Shown piece after piece: positions 38,739-46,943 of a stretch of 64,000 nt of DNA (the first letter of the stretch is position 1; each line of letters begins with the position of its first letter). The stretch is taken from NCBI GenBank assembly GCA_043800705.1, contig JAZDMS010000010.1:147327-211326 (forward strand), in the 5' to 3' direction. Below the pieces are notes generated by a model. It had not been told where the DNA came from. It saw only the letters and a list, made by a program, of their open reading frames with translations, and ran no database searches. The position numbers were made by a program, and so were the translations under genes. Source of the DNA: Candidatus Altiarchaeota archaeon. GTDB lineage: Archaea > Altiarchaeota > Altiarchaeia > IMC4 > SCGC-AAA252-I15.

Positions 38739-39515
38739 CTATGCCTTGAGCGACTTCCCGTGCTTCTCCTTCAGCATCTTAACCGTCAGCCTGGCCAGCT
38801 CCTCGAGGTTTACTGTGTCGTCCCTGTTGTAGTCGACGAGCATCCTCAGCGCATCCTCGCCCGCGACCCTCCTGCCCGCGACTGTCACGGGCTTTTTGCT
38901 GCGGTAAGCATGCCAGAGGTAGACTGCGTCGAGGCCGGTGACTCCGTCGCTTCCGCGGGTGAGCCCAAGCTCTTTCTCGACGGCTTTGAGGCCTCCCCTG
39001 TAGCCCAAGGTCCGAAGCGGCTGCATGAGGTCGAGGTGTATCTGCGGGAACCTGAGGCCGAGGTTGTTGGACAGGAACGGCAGGTCGAACCTTGCGCCGT
39101 TGAACGTGACGATGTATTTGTACCCTGCTAGGTCGGCCTTCAGCTCCCCCATGTTCTGCTCATAGATGTACGTCTTGGTCCGCTTCGGGCTGTGGACGCA
39201 GACCGTCGTGACGTGGGCATAATCCGGCGAAAGCCCGGTGGTCTCGATGTCCAGATAGCATGCGCCGTCCTTGAACGCGCCGTATGCGCGCCAGGCGAGC
39301 TTCCTCGGCAGGCACCTTGCGAAATACTCGTGGTCCTTGGCCTCAAGCCTGCTGATGCTCTCTTTGGCCCCGGCCTTGAGGCGGATATAGGCGTCCGCAG
39401 GCAGATTGAAATCGTCATCCAAGAGGCTCGACCAGCATCTGCATCCCCTGGCCCAGAGCCTCCTCTCGGTCCTTTCACCGACGCCGGGTATGTGTTGGAA
39501 AGTCGACTCAAGCAT
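38739..39515 (-). CDS. YprB-like RNase H-fold (DEDD) exonuclease
   Basis: HIPGVGE HhH-like start, YLDIETTG, TFNGARFDLPFL, HLDL, GGLKAVE, YNRDD. Confidence 0.9.
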   Translation of the reverse strand: MLESTFQHIPGVGERTERRLWARGCRCWSSLLDDDFNLPADAYIRLKAGAKESISRLEAKDHEYFARCLPRKLAWRAYGAFKDGACYLDIETTGLSPDYAHVTTVCVHSPKRTKTYIYEQNMGELKADLAGYKYIVTFNGARFDLPFLSNNLGLRFPQIHLDLMQPLRTLGYRGGLKAVEKELGLTRGSDGVTGLDAVYLWHAYRSKKPVTVAGRRVAGEDALRMLVDYNRDDTVNLEELARLTVKMLKEKHGKSLKA

Positions 39516-39568
39516 CAGAAGACATAAGGCACCAGAGTATTATAATATCCATGCCCTATCATTGTCCT

Positions 39569-40264
39569 ATGGGAATCTTCAGGATCGCGTATCTGACTGC
39601 GCTCGCGGCGGCGCTGATACTCCTTGCGCCATCCATAGCCAACCACTTCGAATGGATGATCGGCGGCGAAGGGATGCAGTACATCGTCAGGGGCCGCTGG
39701 GACATCGCCCTGGTCAACATCGCCTTCTTCTGCCTGTTCCTGATCCTGACGACGTACAAGCAGCATGTCAACTGGCGAAGCAGGAACATCTACGCGGCCT
39801 TCATAATCGCGCTCTTCGCCGAGATGTACGGCTTCCCCCTGACGGCATACTTCGTGTCCAGCTACCTCGGCGGCCCGGTCAGCGTCGACTACAGGCCGCA
39901 GTACCGCCTCGACTTCGACTTCATGGGCGTCATGTTCACGCTCCCGACGATGATGATAGTCGGAGGAGCCGTAACTGTATTCGGCCTCTTCCTCATCAGC
40001 GCCGGCTGGTACCAGGTCTACAAGGGCAAGGGGAAGCTCGTCAGGGACGGCCTCTACCGGTATAGCCGGCACCCCCAATACGTGGGCATACTCCTTGTGA
40101 CCCTGGGGTGGATAATACACTGGCCGACGATACCGACACTTGTCATGTGGCCGATCCTCGCGGTCGTCTACTACCGCCTCGCGAAGGAAGAGGAGGCATA
40201 CGTCGGGAAAAAGGGTGTGGAGGCGTTCGAAAAATACAAGAAGCAGACGCCGATGTTCATCTGA
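39569..40264 (+). CDS. isoprenylcysteine carboxyl methyltransferase/PEMT-family membrane protein
   Basis: ALFAEMYGFPLT, LVRDGLYRYSRHPQY, AKEEE, YKKQTPMF. Confidence 0.9.
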   Translation: MGIFRIAYLTALAAALILLAPSIANHFEWMIGGEGMQYIVRGRWDIALVNIAFFCLFLILTTYKQHVNWRSRNIYAAFIIALFAEMYGFPLTAYFVSSYLGGPVSVDYRPQYRLDFDFMGVMFTLPTMMIVGGAVTVFGLFLISAGWYQVYKGKGKLVRDGLYRYSRHPQYVGILLVTLGWIIHWPTIPTLVMWPILAVVYYRLAKEEEAYVGKKGVEAFEKYKKQTPMFI

Positions 40265-40267
40265 CCT

Positions 40268-40687
40268 TTACCTTGTGCTGAACTTGATCGTCCTCGCCAG
40301 CTGCTGGTGCTCGGTGTGCAGGTTCTTCATCGCCTTTATGAGGTCCGTCTCGGTGATGATCCCCGCCAGCTTCCCGGCTTCGGTAATGGCAAGCCTCCTG
40401 ATGCCCTTGTCGCGCATGAGCTTCAATATGTCGTCGAGACTGGTGGATATGTCCGCGGTTATTACCGGGGAGCTCATCACCTCTCCGACCTTCGTCGCGG
40501 TCCGGTCCTTCCCCTCAAGGTAGATCCTAAGGAAATCCCGCTCGCTGATGATACCGACCGCTTTCTCGGCTTCCAACACCAGGATCGAGCTTATGCTCTT
40601 CCTTGACATCACCCTAGCCGCTTCCATCAGTGGGGCGTCGGGGCTGGTCGTTACCACCTCCCTGGTGATGATGTCTTTGAGCTCCAT
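40268..40687 (-). CDS. CBS-domain pair protein
   Basis: GIISERD, VMSSPVIT, IRRLAI, GIITETD. Confidence 0.92.
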   Translation of the reverse strand: MELKDIITREVVTTSPDAPLMEAARVMSRKSISSILVLEAEKAVGIISERDFLRIYLEGKDRTATKVGEVMSSPVITADISTSLDDILKLMRDKGIRRLAITEAGKLAGIITETDLIKAMKNLHTEHQQLARTIKFSTR

Positions 40688-40810
40688 TGGCAGATAGAAT
40701 CTTGTGCAGTGGAGCTAAAAAGCATTCCGTTTACTTTTCCTGCGCTCTAGGCGCCCCTGTTTATAAGCGCCCGGCAAACATCATAGCACTAGCTGATTGA
40801 AGCTAATAGA

Positions 40811-40840
40811 ATTTCCGGGGGATCGCTGGCCCCCGGAAAT
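40811..40840. terminator. strong hairpin just downstream of 40846..41739 (putative terminator or structured RNA)
   Basis: ATTTCCGGGGG-ATCGCTGG-CCCCCGGAAAT, perfect 11-bp stem. Confidence 0.55.
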
Positions 40841-40845
40841 GATTT

Positions 40846-41739
40846 CTAATACATGTGTCTTGTTTCCGGCAGGCAGGCCCCGTTGACGCAGCCTTTGGCG
40901 CATTTACCGTATGCGCTCTTCGCTTCTCCATTGCTGCAGTACCATTCCTGTATCCTCCTCTGCCCTACGCAGTCGTCGTTGTGGATGCCCCTGGGATCCG
41001 AGGACGTGCCGTTGGCGAAGAAGTCCCTTCCGCCGTCGGTTTCGGTGCAGGCTGACAGGGTCGTCGAGGTCGTCGGCACTGTGGTCGACGATGCCGTAAC
41101 CTGCCCCGTGCCCGCCAAGGTAGTGGACGTGACGCTGGTGGTGGTCGTGGTACTGGTGGTCGACGTCTGCGACGTTGCCGTAACGGCCAAAGAAGTGGCG
41201 GTTATCGTCGTCCACGTCGAAGTCACCCATGTGGTTGGGTTGGAGTATTCGCCTGTGCAGGCGCCGCTGATGCACATGTCAGGGCATATGTATGCCGTTG
41301 ACATCGCCATTTTCCCCTTACAGTAGTATTCCCTGAGCCTGTGGTTGGTTATGCACCTGTCCTCCTTGTTGCCGTTGACGACCCCCCTCTTGAAATAGTC
41401 CGTCCCGTTGTCGGTGTCGGTGCAGACGTATGCGTGCGTTATGAGGTTGGGGTTGTCTGCGACGCATTCTCCGTCCGCGCAGCCGTATTCGCACCTGTGG
41501 ATGACGGACCTCGCGGAGCCCGAGAGACAGTACCACTTCCTAAGGAATGTGGCGTTGACGCAGGTGTCGTTGTAGGCCCCGCTCGCGTCCCTCGTTATCC
41601 CCCAATGCAGGTAATCGAGGCTGTCGCCGGTTAAGCTGCAAATGCGCGTGGAATATGCGGTCGATAAGGCGGTCACGGATACGGACGCAAGCATCACACA
41701 AAAGGCCGAAAATAACAGGCGGGACGTTCTCCTTTCCAT
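40846..41739 (-). CDS. secreted protein with three Cys-rich repeats and a Thr-rich linker
   Basis: Three C-x-D/E-T-D-x-G-x-D-Y/F...G...D-x-C...L/I-x-E-W/Y-Y-C...C...C..G.C-type repeats. Confidence 0.82.
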   Translation of the reverse strand: MERRTSRLLFSAFCVMLASVSVTALSTAYSTRICSLTGDSLDYLHWGITRDASGAYNDTCVNATFLRKWYCLSGSARSVIHRCEYGCADGECVADNPNLITHAYVCTDTDNGTDYFKRGVVNGNKEDRCITNHRLREYYCKGKMAMSTAYICPDMCISGACTGEYSNPTTWVTSTWTTITATSLAVTATSQTSTTSTTTTTSVTSTTLAGTGQVTASSTTVPTTSTTLSACTETDGGRDFFANGTSSDPRGIHNDDCVGQRRIQEWYCSNGEAKSAYGKCAKGCVNGACLPETRHMY

Positions 41740-41773
41740 GAATAAATGTTACTCATTTACCCTTAAATAGAGT

Positions 41774-42277
41774 TCAGAGGACGGCTCCGAAGATGGGCTT
41801 GACTATCGCCTTCGGCAGGATTTTCATGATGAGGCCGAGGATCATGGATAGTATGCCGTCGTTCTCGACCCTCACGTTGGCTGCATACCTGGCGGTCCCG
41901 CTCTGTCCGCCGCTGTAGTGTATCAAAGCCGTTATCTGATAATCTCCAGCGGGAACCAGCCCCGGCACCTCGTATGAGTTCGTGTTGTCCGTTGTCTCGA
42001 GCTCTTTCGGAAACTCGACGCTGTTTTCGATGTACGCCTCAAGGATCCCTCCGAGGGCGGAAGGGACAGAATTGATCTCGACGCTGTCGACTACGATGTC
42101 GTCTGATTCCGCGTCGATCCTCACCGAGACGTCTGCAGCCTCGCCTGCCGTCACGACGGCGGTCTTCTTCGCGGGGTCGACTCCGTTGACTGAGACCTTG
42201 ACGCTGAACGGGGCGGCGCATGCCGTCCCTGCAAGAACGAGGATGAAAAAAAACCCGAACACCGCACGCCTGTCCAT
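41774..42277 (-). CDS. secreted Ig-like hypothetical protein
   Basis: Signal peptide, beta-rich body (VPAGDYQITA), C-terminal hydrophobic helix. Confidence 0.72.
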   Translation of the reverse strand: MDRRAVFGFFFILVLAGTACAAPFSVKVSVNGVDPAKKTAVVTAGEAADVSVRIDAESDDIVVDSVEINSVPSALGGILEAYIENSVEFPKELETTDNTNSYEVPGLVPAGDYQITALIHYSGGQSGTARYAANVRVENDGILSMILGLIMKILPKAIVKPIFGAVL

Positions 42278-42323
42278 GGAATGGATTATGAAGGCATATT
42301 AAAATAACCCCCTAATATGGGGT

Positions 42324-43631
42324 ATGGGTCCGCTTAGGTGGTTGTGCGTCCTGCTGGTCGCATCGACGCTTCTTTCCTCGTTCGCCATCGCCGCGACGTC
42401 AAAGGCTCCCATTAAATTGGTCGACGGCGACAAGCTAGAGGAGGATCTGAAGAACTCAGGCGGCCCCCTTGGCGAAATAATGACTGCGCTGTCGGCCGTG
42501 GAAGACGAGCTCGGAGCCGACTTCTCCACCCTCGATCAGAAAAGCGCATGGGTGATAACCGGCGAGGAACTAAACGGCCCGGAGCGGGCCGCACTGGAGG
42601 CTGCGAAGGCCAATTCGCCTAAGATGTTCGCAGGAAGCGTGTCCGCGTCGGAGGTGTCCCTGCCGGATGTGAAAAAGAGCGCGAAACTGGTCGTCCTGAT
42701 AGGAGGCCCAGCCCAGAACAGCATCAGCCGGCAGTTGGCGGATGAAGGCATCCTTTCGAAGGACCGGCACGAGTACCTGAACCAGATCGTCATCGTCACG
42801 GGGAAATCCCCGGCGGGGGGGAAGTTCGTCGTCCTCTCCGACAAGCGGGGTTTCGTCAACATGCCGAGGAAGGCCGCGGCGTATTCTCCTCTCGCACTCT
42901 GCCTGCCGCTTCAGCTGGTGCCGGTCGTCGCTTCGATGTTCGGGGCGCTTCTCGCATCGATAATCACCCCTCTGGCGAACCTGGCTCAGACATACGTGGA
43001 GAACGTCATCGCGGAGAGGACGAAGAGCAAGATGGCGATTTCGCACGCGAAGTACAAGTTCGCGGGGATAAAGGCGCGGGAGGTCTTCGCCGTCGTCATG
43101 GCCTCCGTCGTCCTCGCCCTGGCGATATCGTGGACGTTCGCAGGCCCCACGTGGGACCTCCTGTGGCTGCTGCCGTTGAACGTCTTCGTCTGCCTCGTCG
43201 CAGGGTTCTCCCACGAGTCGGTCCACTGGGCGGCGGGCAGGGCCTTGAAGATAGAGACCGAGTACAGGTTCTGGCTTTCCGGCTCTCTGTCGACGATATT
43301 CTCCGCTTTCCTCGGGAATGCGTTCGGCCTCCAGGGCTTCCTCCTGGACGAGGTGAAGGAGGCGACGCCAAAATGGAAGGTCGCATTGATGAAGATTTCC
43401 GCCCCGCTCTTCAGCGCCGCAGTCATGGTCTTCTTCGCAGCCGTCAACTTCTTCGTCCCCCACACGGTGTTCCAGATGATCTACTCCATCTCGGGCGTCC
43501 TGGCCATGGCGGAGATGCTGCCGTTCAAGCCCATGGACGGCTACGAGATAAGGAAATGGAATATTCTGGCGTGGTTCGTCGTCTTCTCAGGAGTGGGCGT
43601 CCTGTTCCTCGCAGCGAACTTCATCATCTAG
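42324..43631 (+). CDS. membrane protein: extracellular S-layer-associated-type domain fused to an M50 (site-2 protease)-like domain
   Basis: Signal peptide; VVLIGGPAQN; HESVH (HExxH) within a TM and EMLPFKPMDG resembling the NxxPxxxxDG motif. Confidence 0.72.
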   Translation: MGPLRWLCVLLVASTLLSSFAIAATSKAPIKLVDGDKLEEDLKNSGGPLGEIMTALSAVEDELGADFSTLDQKSAWVITGEELNGPERAALEAAKANSPKMFAGSVSASEVSLPDVKKSAKLVVLIGGPAQNSISRQLADEGILSKDRHEYLNQIVIVTGKSPAGGKFVVLSDKRGFVNMPRKAAAYSPLALCLPLQLVPVVASMFGALLASIITPLANLAQTYVENVIAERTKSKMAISHAKYKFAGIKAREVFAVVMASVVLALAISWTFAGPTWDLLWLLPLNVFVCLVAGFSHESVHWAAGRALKIETEYRFWLSGSLSTIFSAFLGNAFGLQGFLLDEVKEATPKWKVALMKISAPLFSAAVMVFFAAVNFFVPHTVFQMIYSISGVLAMAEMLPFKPMDGYEIRKWNILAWFVVFSGVGVLFLAANFII

Positions 43632-44245
43632 ATGCAGGCCCCGTCCCTGCACCCGTTAGCGCAGCGCTCAGAGGGAACGGCAGGCTGTGTCATGGTCTGG
43701 CCTACGAGCTTGACCTTCATCTTGCACTCCGCCCTAACGGTCCCCGGGCTGTTGCATAATGGATTAGTCTGCTGTCTGTAAACATCGCCGTCCTTGCAGA
43801 CGTTCTCTATAACCTCCTGCCCGCAGTCGGAGTTCTTCACGCAGGCTATCGAGGCCTGGGTCGTGGTCGGCACAGGGGCGGTCGGCGTGGTCGGAGGCTC
43901 CGTGGTCGCGGTAGGCTCCGTCGTTGTGGTCGGCTCCTCCCCCAACTGCTCCTCCTCTTCGGGGGCCTGCTCATCGGCCGGCGCATACTCCTCGCTGTCG
44001 CATACGCCGCTTCCGTCGCGGTCGAGGCAGCATGAGTCGCCGACCTGGATATACGGCTCCTGGCAGAACAGGGTCGTGGTGGTCGAACCGCCCTTGACCG
44101 CGTTCAAGGCCTTCCCAGGCACCGATGCGAGGCAGCCCGTCGACGGGGTGTCGTCGGAGTCCTCTGCGAAGGCGAGGCCGGAGCCGAAGAAGACGAAGAA
44201 TGCCGACAATGCGGCGATGACCAATGAGGCGCTGTTTCGTGACAT
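43628..44245 (-). CDS. secreted Cys-rich protein with Thr/Pro-rich linker
   Basis: Signal peptide, CQEPYIQVGDSCCLDRDGSGVCD, EPTTTTEPTATTEPPTT, C-terminal CANGCRDGAC. Confidence 0.78.
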   Translation of the reverse strand: MSRNSASLVIAALSAFFVFFGSGLAFAEDSDDTPSTGCLASVPGKALNAVKGGSTTTTLFCQEPYIQVGDSCCLDRDGSGVCDSEEYAPADEQAPEEEEQLGEEPTTTTEPTATTEPPTTPTAPVPTTTQASIACVKNSDCGQEVIENVCKDGDVYRQQTNPLCNSPGTVRAECKMKVKLVGQTMTQPAVPSERCANGCRDGACI

Positions 44246-44278
44246 GGTTGAATATGTTGTCCTCTTAAAATAAAAATC

Positions 44279-45304
44279 CTATTGCTTCCCCCATATCCTC
44301 GTGTTGAGGTTGAGTTCGTCGGCGATTCCTATGATCAGTTGGAGGTCTTCGAAGTAGGGCCTGACCTGGTCGAATTCCATCGTGGATTTGGACATGCTGG
44401 GCTCGAACAGGTTTTTCTTGTACGGGACTGCGACCATGATCCTGTTCCCGGTGAATGAGAAGTATACGTTCTTTCCGGTCTTGTCCCTGAACTCGGCCAT
44501 CCTCTGCATCAGGGCCGGCGAGAGGATGTACCTCGCTTCGACCTGGTCTGTCCCGTAGACTACGAACAGCTTCTCGAATTCCGGGTCCTCCATCTTCACA
44601 AGATCCGGGCGGCCGCTTGTGTGCCCCTGGAAGAACGAGCCGATGAGTCCTCCAAACGCCTTTTGGGCGGTGTCGGGGAGGACCAGGGTGCGGCCCCTGA
44701 AGTCCTTGTTGAAGTCCGCGACGAAGAATATCCCCCTGAATATGGTGTGCCATTGGGTCTCAGTGTGTCCGTCCATGTCTTCGCTTTCCGTCTTGTATTC
44801 TGTGCATACCTCCGAGAACTCCAGGTCTGTCCTCCCCACTTTGCCTTTGACGTGGTCTTCGCTGTGGAAGCGGTCAGGTTTGGTGAGGAATAGCTGGCTT
44901 TCATGGTATGCTGACGGCTGTATCCCCCCCTTGGGCTCATAGGTCAGCCCTTCGTCCATGAACTTCACGACTTTGCCTATGACTTCGGCTTTGTAGTCCT
45001 CGACGTAGCCCCTCTTGAGGAAGTGGTTGCAGATGGCTATGAGCAGGAGCCCAACCGGGAGGGATATGAACCCGGAACAGAAGCAGCACGACGCCCCTGC
45101 GAACACGCTCCCTCCTATCCCCTCCGACAGGGTCACGACGGCTCTCATGAGGCCGATGAACACGGGCGAGACGACGATGAGGCCGCCGACGATCCAAACC
45201 ACATTCATCCTCGAATTAATCGACTTCCTGCGCCCTTCAAGGCCCTTAAGATGGGGCATCAGCTCCTTATCAAAGAGCTGCCTGAACTCATCGACGGTTT
45301 TCAT
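44279..45304 (-). CDS. DUF3137-family membrane protein
   Basis: Two N-terminal TMs; SED.V.G, FSEV, TIFRGIFFVADFNKDF.G.T, VKMEDPEFEKLF.VYG.DQVEARYILSP, LNLNTRIW. Confidence 0.85.
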   Translation of the reverse strand: MKTVDEFRQLFDKELMPHLKGLEGRRKSINSRMNVVWIVGGLIVVSPVFIGLMRAVVTLSEGIGGSVFAGASCCFCSGFISLPVGLLLIAICNHFLKRGYVEDYKAEVIGKVVKFMDEGLTYEPKGGIQPSAYHESQLFLTKPDRFHSEDHVKGKVGRTDLEFSEVCTEYKTESEDMDGHTETQWHTIFRGIFFVADFNKDFRGRTLVLPDTAQKAFGGLIGSFFQGHTSGRPDLVKMEDPEFEKLFVVYGTDQVEARYILSPALMQRMAEFRDKTGKNVYFSFTGNRIMVAVPYKKNLFEPSMSKSTMEFDQVRPYFEDLQLIIGIADELNLNTRIWGKQ

Positions 45305-46303
45305 CTAGGTCTTCGACCATATCCTCGTGTTGAGGTTCAGTTCGTCGACGATGCTGGTGACCAGCTTGAGGTCTTCGAAGTAGCCTTTTACCTCGTCGTA
45401 GTCCATGAGGGTGCGGAATATCCTCGGCTCAAAGAGGTCCTTGTTGTAGGGGATGGCGACGTATACCTGGCTCTTGTTGAAGGAGAAGTGGAGCGTCTTC
45501 CCCGTCTTCTTCTTATATTCGACGAGGCGCTGCATCAGGCTCGGGGAAAGAATGTACCTCGCCTCGACCTGGTCGTTGCCGTAGACGACGAAGAGCTTCT
45601 CGAACTCGGGGTCCTCCATCTTCACGAGGTCCGGGCGGCCGATGCTGTGGGACTGGAAGAAGGAGCCGACTAGGCTGCCGAACAGCTTCTGGGCGGTGTC
45701 CGGGACGACGAGTGTGAGGCCTTTGAAGTCCTTGTTGAAGTCCGCGACGAAGAATATCCCCCTGAAAATCGTGTGCCATTGGGTATGCCGGTGGCCCTTG
45801 CTGTCCCTGTACTCCGTCTTGTATTCCGCGTGGACCTCGGAGAACTCGACCTTCGTCTTCCCGACGGTGCCGCTGATAAAGTCCTCGCTGTGGTACCTGT
45901 CGACGTGCGTGAGGAAGATCTTGCTGTCGTGGTACGCCGATGTCTCGATGCCCTGGGAAGGCCTGTACTCCAGGCCCTCGTCAATGAACTTTACGACCTT
46001 GCCCACCACCTGGTCCTTGTAGTCCTTGCGGTAGCCTTTCGTAACCATGCCGTTGCCGAACCCGATGACGGCGACTCCGGCGAAGAACGGGACCGCTCCG
46101 AGACAGCAGCATAGGTATGCGGAGTCTGGTGCGACGACGCTGGCAATCATCCCTACGGCAAGCGGTGAGACCATCAATGCCAGACCGACGACGGCGACGG
46201 CGACGACGCCCCCGGCGACCTTCTTCCTTCGGCCGTTGAGCTCGTTCAGGGCCGGCATCAGCTCCCTTTCGTAGTGTTCCTTGAACTCTTCGACCGTTTT
46301 CAT
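45305..46303 (-). CDS. DUF3137-family membrane protein (tandem paralog)
   Basis: Same motifs as 44279..45304; start set at ATG 46303 (MKTVEEFK, matching the paralog's MKTVDEFR), overlapping the lemA stop. Confidence 0.85.
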   Translation of the reverse strand: MKTVEEFKEHYERELMPALNELNGRRKKVAGGVVAVAVVGLALMVSPLAVGMIASVVAPDSAYLCCCLGAVPFFAGVAVIGFGNGMVTKGYRKDYKDQVVGKVVKFIDEGLEYRPSQGIETSAYHDSKIFLTHVDRYHSEDFISGTVGKTKVEFSEVHAEYKTEYRDSKGHRHTQWHTIFRGIFFVADFNKDFKGLTLVVPDTAQKLFGSLVGSFFQSHSIGRPDLVKMEDPEFEKLFVVYGNDQVEARYILSPSLMQRLVEYKKKTGKTLHFSFNKSQVYVAIPYNKDLFEPRIFRTLMDYDEVKGYFEDLKLVTSIVDELNLNTRIWSKT

Positions 46304-46890
46304 TGTTTGGAGAACGCCTTCGGCACTTCCTTCTCGGCTTCCTGCGCCTGGAAGAAGGCCTTCCTCCTGAACCTGAATGCCGAGGCGACGATGCTCGAGG
46401 GGAACATGTCGCATCCGTTGTTGAATTCGAGGACTGCTGCGTTGTAAGCCCTCCTTGCCGCCGATATCTGCTCCTCCAGCTCCGTCATCGTGGCCTGCAG
46501 GTGGAGGAAGTTCTTGTTGGCTTTCAGGTCCGGGTAGTTCTCGGCGACCGCGAAGATGGTCTTCAGGGCGCCCGTGATCCGGTTGTTGATATCGACCTTC
46601 TCGTCGTCGGAGACTCCGCCCTTCATCGCCTGGGCGCGAAGCTCCGTCACGCGCTCGAACACGCCCTTCTCATGGGCTGCGTACCCCTGGACCGTCGAGA
46701 CCAGGTTGGGTATGAGGTCGTATCTCTTCTTCAGCATGACGTCGATGGTCGCGAACGTGTTCTCCGACTGGTTGCGCTTGCCAATGAGGCCGTTATAGAT
46801 GAAAAGGACCACGATGGCGGGGAGAAGTATGACTGCGGCCGCCGCAACAAGCATGACCCCGACCGATAACCCGATAAATTCCATCAGCAT
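46300..46890 (-). CDS. lemA: LemA family protein
   Basis: YNGLI, IDVMLKKRYDLIPNLV, VAENYPDLKAN, ARRAYN, FPSSIVA. Confidence 0.95.
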   Translation of the reverse strand: MLMEFIGLSVGVMLVAAAAVILLPAIVVLFIYNGLIGKRNQSENTFATIDVMLKKRYDLIPNLVSTVQGYAAHEKGVFERVTELRAQAMKGGVSDDEKVDINNRITGALKTIFAVAENYPDLKANKNFLHLQATMTELEEQISAARRAYNAAVLEFNNGCDMFPSSIVASAFRFRRKAFFQAQEAEKEVPKAFSKQ

Positions 46891-46943
46891 AACCTATAAT
46901 TATGCGGCCTATTAAATTAATGGTTTCAGGCGATTAAATGATA

